32,424 nucleotides of DNA from an uncultured Bacteroidaceae bacterium (GTDB taxonomy: Bacteria; Bacteroidota; Bacteroidia; Bacteroidales; DTU049): assembly GCA_964429475.1 (NCBI GenBank), contig CAYSCE010000003.1:1-32424 (forward strand). The letters run 5' to 3'. A program made the position numbers and the translations under genes. The notes under the pieces are model-generated. The model was not told where the DNA came from and ran no database searches. It was given only the letters and a program-made list of their open reading frames with translations. Below are positions 1 through 7,315 of this stretch, piece after piece; positions within the stretch are counted from its first letter, which is position 1; every line of letters begins with the position of its first letter.

Positions 1-1696
1 CTTCGTAGCTGTAACGAATGGTGCGCGAAAACTGCGAAATGCGTTCGGCAAACAAGGAATCGGGCAGAATGCGCACCAGGTTGATGGGAAAATACACCTG
101 CCATATGCGGGTAGCAGTTTCGCGCCACTCGAGCGATGCTTTCAGATGGCTGATGTAGCGCTCATAGTCGGGCCGCAGCTGATAGCTGAATCCGGTAGAA
201 AATTTCAGCAAGGGATGGCTGCTCTGTGAAAAATGGCGGTTGCTCACCGGAATGCTCAAATTGGCTTCGGTACTTACTTCGGCCGAGTTGAACGGCAGTC
301 CCGAAATGACATCGTTTTCGTCATCAAAAATGGTTTTCTGTAATTCAAGTCCGCCTTTGAATTTGAAATTGAACAACTCGGCACCATGAAACAGATTTTT
401 GTTTTTATACACCAGGTTGCCGGCGGTTCCGAGGTTTCCTGAGGAATTGGTGCCTTCGATTTCGGCATTGATGGACTGTACGGGAAATTGGCTGAGCTCG
501 ATATAAGCATCAAGCGGTACGTGCGCGTTACCTTTAATTCCGGTTGTGTCGGGCACAAAACGAATGTTGATGTATTTGAAAACATTCAGGCTGCTTAGCT
601 CTACCTGTGTTTTGTTGGCTGCTGCGAGACTAAAAAAATGACCTGGTTTGATAAATGTTTTCCGGGCTATTACTTTAGGCTTCACACGCATTTTCTGGTA
701 GGTCAGAAAGCAAAGCGTGTCAGATGACTGTTTATTGCGGGCTGTTTTTACATATAGTAAAGTATCGTATTTGGTTTGTGTTTCTTTGCTGATCTCAAAA
801 TCGGGAAGCACATACAGGTTGCGGATCTGATATTTCTGGTGATTATAAAAAACGGTGGAATCGCCCTGCGTTTTTCCACTTCGATATGGCCGGTTGACGA
901 CGAGTTTTATGTTCAGTTTTTTATCACCTATGGTTGTATCAACTTCGTAACGGATGTACGACTGGCTAAAAGCGAAGTAACCCATGTTTTTCAGCTCGGT
1001 GTTGATCAGCAGACGCTCATCTTCGAGAACATCTTCATCGAATATGGCGCCGGAAACAATTTTTGATTCTGCTTTTCTCGAAGAAAGATAACTGTTTATG
1101 TTGGGGTCGCTACTGATAAAATCGACATTATTAATGGTATAGGGCGTGCCTGCTTTTACAGTGTAAAAAACCTTGGCTTTCTTTTTCTTTTTGGTATAAT
1201 ACACCGAGTCGGTCACTGAAGCATTGAAATAGCCATGTTTCTTGCAATAAAGGGTCATCTGGTGTACCGACTGGGCTGTCTGCAGACTATCAAGAAAAAC
1301 GGGTTCTTCGCCGATTTTTTGCATCAGAATGGTGCGAAGGGTCCGGTTGGCTTTACGTGCGTTTTTTTGGTCATCAATCTCGTAATCCGGATTTCGGGCG
1401 AGTTTTCGCTGGTCTTTTTCATTAATCCGTTTTACTTTTTCTTCGGTTTTATCTTTGAGCAAACTGCCCATGGTGTACACACCGGCATGCAGGCGGGCTC
1501 CCAGAAAGCGGCGGTTCTGATGTTGACGGATCAAGGCATCCAGATCATAATAATCCAGATTATCGCTATCGTATGAGAAACTTGTTTTGATCAGTAGGTT
1601 TTTACCCGGGTTGTGTTTGGTGGTGCTGCACGACGATAAAAGCAACCCCGTAAGGAAAGCAATGAACAGAAAATATTTTGTACAGCTGTTATTCAT
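1..1696 (-). CDS. BamA/TamA (Omp85)-family outer-membrane protein with lipoprotein signal (TamL-like); C-terminus runs off the window
   Basis: This gene is absent from the ORF track because it has no stop in the window. The reverse frame is open from ATG 1696-1694 to base 1 (~565 codons). The N-terminus MNNSCTKYFLFIAFLTGLLLSSCSTT has a signal peptide plus a lipobox Cys. POTRA-like region follows, then the start of an Omp85-type barrel (INAEIEGTNSSGNLGTAGNLVYKNKNLFHGAELFNFKFKGG). The ATG overlaps the upstream stop (ATGAATAA). Confidence 0.7.
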   Translation of the reverse strand, partial: MNNSCTKYFLFIAFLTGLLLSSCSTTKHNPGKNLLIKTSFSYDSDNLDYYDLDALIRQHQNRRFLGARLHAGVYTMGSLLKDKTEEKVKRINEKDQRKLARNPDYEIDDQKNARKANRTLRTILMQKIGEEPVFLDSLQTAQSVHQMTLYCKKHGYFNASVTDSVYYTKKKKKAKVFYTVKAGTPYTINNVDFISSDPNINSYLSSRKAESKIVSGAIFDEDVLEDERLLINTELKNMGYFAFSQSYIRYEVDTTIGDKKLNIKLVVNRPYRSGKTQGDSTVFYNHQKYQIRNLYVLPDFEISKETQTKYDTLLYVKTARNKQSSDTLCFLTYQKMRVKPKVIARKTFIKPGHFFSLAAANKTQVELSSLNVFKYINIRFVPDTTGIKGNAHVPLDAYIELSQFPVQSINAEIEGTNSSGNLGTAGNLVYKNKNLFHGAELFNFKFKGGLELQKTIFDDENDVISGLPFNSAEVSTEANLSIPVSNRHFSQSSHPLLKFSTGFSYQLRPDYERYISHLKASLEWRETATRIWQVYFPINLVRILPDSLFAERISQFSRTIRYSYE

Positions 1697-2927
1697 ACCG
1701 GAGTGATTCGATTGGGTCGAGTTTAGCCGCTCTGGCTGCCGGAAGCAGTCCCGATAAGATGCCCACCAGCAGGGTAAGGAAAAACCCCAGCGCTATCCAG
1801 CCCCAGGGAACAATAAAGGAACTGTCAAGAAAAATACTGATAATATTGCCGGTCAGCACACCCAGAATAATTCCGAGGATACCGCCCATCTGCCCGACTA
1901 CAATGCTTTCGATCAGAAACTGATTGCGGATGGCAATGCTGGTAGCGCCCATGGCCTTGCGCACACCGATTTCGCGCGTACGCTCCGACACACTCACCAG
2001 CATAATATTCATCAATCCGATGGAAGCTCCGATGAGGGTAATTAATCCGATCAGCGTGGCAGCCAATGTTACGTAGCGGATATTTTCGAGCAGCATGGTG
2101 GCCATACTGTCGCTTTTTCGGATTTCGAAATTGTCGGGCTGGCCGATTTTTATTTTACGAATGGACCGGAAAATACCGGTTGCCTCACCAACACCGGTTT
2201 CCAGCAATTTGGTGTCGTTGGGCATAACATTAATACGAAATGATCCATCGGTTGAACTGAAATAGCGTCGGACTGTCGTAACCGGCACCAGACATGAGTT
2301 GTCGCCCGAAAAGCCGAAACTGCTTCCTTTACTTTTCATTACACCAACAACGGTAAATTTCATCGATCCGATAACAATCTGTTGTCCGACCGGATTCTGT
2401 CCGCCGGGAAAAATTGATTCTTCGAGTCCGGAGCCGATGATGGTAACGTTTCGGCCCATGGTGATTTCCTGTTTCGAGAAATTGCGGCCCGAGCCAATTT
2501 CCTGTCCGCTTGTAAGCATGTAGTTTTCGTCGATACCAAGCACACCGATATTCGGGTTTGACTTTTCGTATTTCGATTTTGCAGTAGCAGTGTTGGTTGC
2601 ATTAATATATACCGAAACGACAGCCGGAAACTGATAGCGTTTTTTAAAATCGACCACCTGGCTCCAGGTAATATCTTCGTATTCGATCCTGCTGTCGGGG
2701 CCGCCATGACCGCGCATGCCCACATCGGAAATGGTAAAGGTGTTGCTGCCCATTCTGGAAAAATTCGAACTCAGGGAATATTTGATGGATTCGATGGCGG
2801 TCAGAATGCTGATAAGGGCCATGATTCCGAAAGCAATAATCAGAACAGTCAGAATGGTCCTGAGCAAGTGACTTCTGACCGATCGCAGCGCGATATTAAG
2901 GCTTTCACCAATGATTTTTAGATTCAT
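1689..2927 (-). CDS. ABC transporter permease, MacB/FtsX family (MacB periplasmic core domain + C-terminal FtsX 4-TM module)
   Basis: 412-aa ORF with an N-terminal TM, a large periplasmic domain and a C-terminal FtsX-like segment (RTREIGVRKAMGAT...LPAARAAKLDPIESLRYE). Its start overlaps the upstream stop (ATGA). Confidence 0.9.
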   Translation of the reverse strand: MNLKIIGESLNIALRSVRSHLLRTILTVLIIAFGIMALISILTAIESIKYSLSSNFSRMGSNTFTISDVGMRGHGGPDSRIEYEDITWSQVVDFKKRYQFPAVVSVYINATNTATAKSKYEKSNPNIGVLGIDENYMLTSGQEIGSGRNFSKQEITMGRNVTIIGSGLEESIFPGGQNPVGQQIVIGSMKFTVVGVMKSKGSSFGFSGDNSCLVPVTTVRRYFSSTDGSFRINVMPNDTKLLETGVGEATGIFRSIRKIKIGQPDNFEIRKSDSMATMLLENIRYVTLAATLIGLITLIGASIGLMNIMLVSVSERTREIGVRKAMGATSIAIRNQFLIESIVVGQMGGILGIILGVLTGNIISIFLDSSFIVPWGWIALGFFLTLLVGILSGLLPAARAAKLDPIESLRYE

Positions 2928-3385
2928 TTCAGTATATTAAAACGGGTCAGAATTCCGAAAACAAATGCCCAGAGAACAATAGAAAAGCAGAAATACACAA
3001 TAACATTTTTCACATCACTGAACCATCGTCTTACAATAAATGCTGTCAGGGGAAGTGAAAGCAGTAAAGGGCCAAAAAACAGCAATAAGGGTAACCCATA
3101 TTTTTTTAATGCCAGCCGGCGGCGGTAGCGCTTCATCCATCCAGCCCGGGGAGCATGGGGTTTTGGTGGAAAAAATTTGTTGTAAAAGTGAATGATTTCG
3201 GCTGAGAAAAAATAGAACAGAAAGAATCCGAAAAGACCACCCAATGAAAGACTTATCACTGTTTCCCAATAGTCGAAACCACTGGTTACTGCAACAGGTC
3301 CGGCAAATAAAAATTTGTAGGTACTGATGGCAATAACATAGAGATATTCATAAAACCTGTTAGTGAGAAACAGTATGCTGGACAT
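2924..3385 (-). CDS. small polytopic membrane protein, function unknown
   Basis: 153-aa ORF with about 4 hydrophobic helices and a basic loop (KRYRRRLALKKYG). It is translationally coupled to the permease gene through a 4-nt ATGA overlap at 2924-2927. Confidence 0.65.
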   Translation of the reverse strand: MSSILFLTNRFYEYLYVIAISTYKFLFAGPVAVTSGFDYWETVISLSLGGLFGFFLFYFFSAEIIHFYNKFFPPKPHAPRAGWMKRYRRRLALKKYGLPLLLFFGPLLLSLPLTAFIVRRWFSDVKNVIVYFCFSIVLWAFVFGILTRFNILK

Positions 3386-3394
3386 ATTTCTGAA

Positions 3395-4045
3395 TTATTC
3401 TTTCCGGCCGTAAGCGAGATCACCTGCATCGCCCAAACCAGGAACAATATACGCATGTGCCGTCAGTTCCTCATCGATTGCAGCAGCCCAGATGTGCACT
3501 TTTTTATGCGGCAGGTGCTGCTTGACATATTCAATACCCTGTGTGCTGGCTATCGCAGTTGTAACATGAATTTCATCGGGAATTCCAAACTGAAAAAGTT
3601 CCTTGCAGGTTAATACCAGCGATGAACCGGTAGCCAGCATGGGATCGGCCAGAATGAGTGTTTTGCCTTCAATTTCCGGACAGCTGACATATTCAACCTG
3701 AATGGTAAAGCGGCCGTCTTTGTGATGCTTTCTGTACGCTGAAATGAAGGCGCTTTCCGATTTGTCAAAAACATTCAGAAATCCCTGATGAAAAGGAAGT
3801 CCGGCCCGAAGGATTGTGGCCAGTACCGGCCATTTTTCGAGCACGGGAACATCCAGTGCCCCTAATGGAGTTGTCACCTCGCGGGGCACATAACTGAGCT
3901 TTTTGCTGATTTCGTAGGCAAAAATTTCGCCCAGCCGTTCCAGATTTCTGCGGAAACGCATGCTGTCCTGCTGAATTTCAGCATCGCGAAGCTCACTGAC
4001 ATACTGATTGACGATAGAGATTTCTTTTCCCAGATGATATACCAT
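3395..4045 (-). CDS. upp: uracil phosphoribosyltransferase
   Basis: 216 aa. PRPP-binding motif LILADPMLATGSS and the C-terminal YIVPGLGDAGDLAYG signature of UPRTases. Confidence 0.95.
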   Translation of the reverse strand: MVYHLGKEISIVNQYVSELRDAEIQQDSMRFRRNLERLGEIFAYEISKKLSYVPREVTTPLGALDVPVLEKWPVLATILRAGLPFHQGFLNVFDKSESAFISAYRKHHKDGRFTIQVEYVSCPEIEGKTLILADPMLATGSSLVLTCKELFQFGIPDEIHVTTAIASTQGIEYVKQHLPHKKVHIWAAAIDEELTAHAYIVPGLGDAGDLAYGRKE

Positions 4046-4121
4046 GGACGTTGTGTTTGATCGCGATAAAAGTACTAAATAATTTCAACAATTCCGGAGC
4101 GCTTCATTCAGGAACTTCCTG

Positions 4122-5486
4122 TTATTGTTTTTGAAAATTCAGATAAAACCCAATGATGGCTTCAATTCCGTTAAAGAAATGATCGGTCCGGTAACTTTCG
4201 TTTGGCGAGTGAATGGCATCGGATTCAAGGCCAAATCCCATCAGCAGCGATTTTACTCCTAACACCTCCTCGAATGTAGCAATAATCGGAATACTTCCGC
4301 CACTGCGGGTTGGAACCGGCTTTTTACCGAAAACACCAGCCAAAGCCTCTTCCGCAGCCTTATAGGCTTTGCCTTCAATGGGCATTACATAGGGCTGGCC
4401 GCCATGCAGAATATCCACTTTTATTTTGGTTGAAGGTGGTGCAATTTTTTCGAGATGCGCCTTGATGAGCTCCGCAATCTGTTCATTGTTTTGATTTGGA
4501 ACAAGTCTCGAGGATAATTTTGCATATGCTTTCGAAGGCAGAACCGTTTTGGAACCTTCACCGGTATAACCGCCCCAGATGCCGCACATATCCAGTGTCG
4601 GACGGATTCCGGTTCTTTCAACCGTAGTGTAACCTTCTTCGCCGAAGACTTCGGCCACATCGATGGCTTTTTTATAATTATCCAGATTGAACGGAGCCTG
4701 ATTCAATGCAGTTCTTTCAGCATCAGAAACAACCGATACGCTGTCATAAAATCCGGGAATGGTAATACGGCCATGATCGTCGGTGAGCGAAGCAATCATT
4801 TTTGCCAGCATGTTAATGGGGTTGGCCACCGCACCTCCAAAAAGACCTGAATGCAGGTCGCGGTTCGGCCCGGTCAGTTCAATCTGCAGATAGGTGAGCC
4901 CGCGTAATCCGACTGTGATGCTGGGAATATCGCTGGCAATCATACCTGTGTCCGAAACCAGAATAATATCGCCCTGCAGGCGGTGTTTGTTTTCTTTGCA
5001 CCATTCAATCATCGAGGGGCTGCCAATTTCTTCTTCGCCTTCGATCATGAATTTGACATTGCATTGCAGCAGATTGTGTTTTACCAGATATTCAAAAGCT
5101 TTGGCGTGCATAAAACCCTGCCCTTTATCGTCGTCGGCACCGCGGGCATAAATTTTTCCGTCGATGATGACCGGTTCAAACGGATTGGTTTTCCATAATT
5201 CAACCGGATCGACCGGCATTACATCATAATGAGCATACACAATCACGGTCGGAAAAGACGGGTTCAGTATTTTTTCGCCATAGACAACCGGGTTCCCCTG
5301 AGTGGGGCAGATTTCGGCCAAATCGGCACCAGCTTTCAGCAAGCTGTCTCTCCAATATTCGGCAGCTTTTACCATGTCCTGCTTGTGTTCGCTTTCGCTG
5401 CTTATAGAAGGAATACGCAGCAGGTCAAATAATTCGTTCAGGAAGCTTTCGCTGTTTTTTTCAATATAAGTGCGGATTTCGTTCAT
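4122..5486 (-). CDS. M20-family metallopeptidase (dipeptidase / ArgE-DapE-like)
   Basis: 454 aa. M20 motifs are present: YAHYDVMP, RGADDDKG, IEGEEEIGS and HSPNE near the C-terminus. Confidence 0.9.
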   Translation of the reverse strand: MNEIRTYIEKNSESFLNELFDLLRIPSISSESEHKQDMVKAAEYWRDSLLKAGADLAEICPTQGNPVVYGEKILNPSFPTVIVYAHYDVMPVDPVELWKTNPFEPVIIDGKIYARGADDDKGQGFMHAKAFEYLVKHNLLQCNVKFMIEGEEEIGSPSMIEWCKENKHRLQGDIILVSDTGMIASDIPSITVGLRGLTYLQIELTGPNRDLHSGLFGGAVANPINMLAKMIASLTDDHGRITIPGFYDSVSVVSDAERTALNQAPFNLDNYKKAIDVAEVFGEEGYTTVERTGIRPTLDMCGIWGGYTGEGSKTVLPSKAYAKLSSRLVPNQNNEQIAELIKAHLEKIAPPSTKIKVDILHGGQPYVMPIEGKAYKAAEEALAGVFGKKPVPTRSGGSIPIIATFEEVLGVKSLLMGFGLESDAIHSPNESYRTDHFFNGIEAIIGFYLNFQKQ

Positions 5487-5502
5487 GGGGATTGATTTTT
5501 AA

Positions 5503-5510
5503 CAAAGATA
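5503..5510 (-). promoter_or_regulatory. Bacteroidota -7 promoter box (TATCTTTG) for the M20 peptidase gene
   Basis: The reverse complement of caaagata is TATCTTTG, matching consensus TAnnTTTG. It lies 17 nt upstream of ATG 5486. Confidence 0.5.
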
Positions 5511-5620
5511 CAAATTTTCCACAACCGGGATAATATTAAGGAGTGGTGCCAGTATAGATAATAATTCAACTTTTTGAATATTAATTAGTCTTACCGATGC
5601 AACTTATCAGATAGAAATTC

Positions 5621-5628
5621 TATCTTTG
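5621..5628 (+). promoter_or_regulatory. Bacteroidota -7 promoter box (TATCTTTG) for the first choice-of-anchor-L gene
   Basis: Exact TAnnTTTG match about 25 nt upstream of ATG 5654. Confidence 0.5.
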
Positions 5629-5653
5629 TAACCAATTCAATCTTTTGTTTTGT

Positions 5654-7315
5654 ATGTTTCGTCTGGTATTTTTAATTTTTTTAGTTTTTTTTCTCAGTGT
5701 TCCTCAATCGGAAGCACAGATTGCTGTTGATTATTCCCTGACCCCGACTCAATTGGTTCAGAATGTGCTTCTTGGGGGCGGCGTTTCAGTTTCTAATGTG
5801 ACCTTTACCGGTGGTGCAGATATGCGTGGTACTTTTTCCGGTACTTCCAATATAGGAATTGATGAGGGTATTATTCTGGCGACCGGCGACATAGCTGTTG
5901 CAATCGGCCCCAATGGTTCTGGCAGCGAAGATAATGGCGGCGGTGTTGCCGGTGATTCACAGCTCGATGCATTGATTTCGGGGACTACCAATGACGCAGC
6001 GGTGCTGGAATTTGACTTTGTACCATCATCCGACACGATACGTTTTTTCTATGTTTTCGGAAGCGAAGAATATCCCGAATATGTCTGTTCCGATTTCAAT
6101 GATGTTTTTGCCTTTTTTCTCAGTGGCCCCAATCCGCTGGGTGGCAACTATACCAACGAAAACATTGCAAAAATTCCGGGAACCAGCATACCGGTAGCCA
6201 TCAACTCCATTAATCCCGGCACCACAGGCGCCATGGGAACCCCGGGTGGCTGTACTTCGCTGGCATACAGCTCGTTGTACAACGACAACACCGGGGGCAC
6301 GACAATACAGTATGATGGTTTTACCGATGTTCTCGAAGCTTCGGCGGTTGTTGTGGCCTGCTCTACGTATCATATAAAAATTGCCATCGCTGATGTTACT
6401 GATTTTTCATACGACTCGGGCGTTTTTCTGAAAGCAAAAAGTTTTAGTTCTCCGGCTGTCAGCATTTCGGCCGTAGGGTCTTCTTTCGATTCCACCATGG
6501 TTGAAGGTTGCGGTTATGCGTCTTATATATTTACCCGCGGAGGTGATGTTTCATCCGATTACACCATTCATTATCTGATTTCCGGAACAGCACTCAACGG
6601 CATTGATTATGCCGATCTGGCAGGAAATCCGATTGCCGACAGCATTACCTTTGCAGCCGGTCAGGATTCGGCCTTTTTGTACATCGACCCGGTAAATGAT
6701 AATATTTCCGAAATGACAGAGACAATAAAACTGTCAATCCCTCAGGTGATCAGTTGTATTGATGACACTTTGTCTGCAACCATTTATATTACCAATGTGG
6801 ATCCCATCACCATCAATCTGACGGGTGACACTGTTATCTGCGCCGAAGCCGGTGAATCGTCTACTTTACTGGTAGATTTTATCGGTGGTTACGGCCCGTT
6901 CAACTTTGTATGGGATCAGGGTCTGGGAAACAGCCACGAAGTGGTTGTGACACCTCAGATTCCGACCATTTATACAGTATCAATTCTGGATTCCTGCGGA
7001 AACGAATCGTCGGTGAAGTCGATTACTGTTTATAACGAATGTGAAATTCGTGTGACAAACGTTGTTACACCTAATTCAGATGGAATCAACGATAAAGTTG
7101 TATTTCCGAATCTTGAGTTGTTCCCGAATTCCGAGCTGCTCGTTTTTAATCGCTGGGGTAACATTGTCTATCACAACGACTGTTATGCAAACGACTGGGA
7201 GCCAAGCGATTGTGCCGAAGGAACTTATTTCTACATTTTACGTAAAGCAGCTGGAATGATACTTCCTGAAAACGAATATCATGGAACTTTAACCATTTTA
7301 AAAAACCACCAATGA
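5654..7315 (+). CDS. secreted surface protein: choice-of-anchor-L N-terminal domain + Calx-beta-like domain + Ig-like repeat + T9SS type-B (gliding-motility CHU_C) C-terminal sorting domain
   Basis: The track ORF starts at TTG 5645. ATG 5654 gives the signal peptide MFRLVFLIFLVFFLSVPQSEAQ. The motif FDFVPSSDTIRFFYVFGSEEYPEYV...NDVFAFFLSGPN is characteristic of choice-of-anchor L. ISGTALNGIDY...DNISEMTETIKLSI resembles Calx-beta. The C-terminal VTPNSDGINDKVVF...VFNRWGNIVY...GTYFYIL is a type-B T9SS CTD. Confidence 0.85.
   Translation: MFRLVFLIFLVFFLSVPQSEAQIAVDYSLTPTQLVQNVLLGGGVSVSNVTFTGGADMRGTFSGTSNIGIDEGIILATGDIAVAIGPNGSGSEDNGGGVAGDSQLDALISGTTNDAAVLEFDFVPSSDTIRFFYVFGSEEYPEYVCSDFNDVFAFFLSGPNPLGGNYTNENIAKIPGTSIPVAINSINPGTTGAMGTPGGCTSLAYSSLYNDNTGGTTIQYDGFTDVLEASAVVVACSTYHIKIAIADVTDFSYDSGVFLKAKSFSSPAVSISAVGSSFDSTMVEGCGYASYIFTRGGDVSSDYTIHYLISGTALNGIDYADLAGNPIADSITFAAGQDSAFLYIDPVNDNISEMTETIKLSIPQVISCIDDTLSATIYITNVDPITINLTGDTVICAEAGESSTLLVDFIGGYGPFNFVWDQGLGNSHEVVVTPQIPTIYTVSILDSCGNESSVKSITVYNECEIRVTNVVTPNSDGINDKVVFPNLELFPNSELLVFNRWGNIVYHNDCYANDWEPSDCAEGTYFYILRKAAGMILPENEYHGTLTILKNHQ

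Noticed and set aside
5502-5629. 9-bp inverted repeat ACAAAGATA / TATCTTTGT flanking about 110 bp, considered as an invertible-promoter (phase-variable) switch upstream of the surface-protein genes
   Set aside because: The two arms are simply the -7 boxes (TATCTTTG) of the two divergent promoters. The repeats are too short for recombinase-type inverted repeats, and no invertase gene is nearby.
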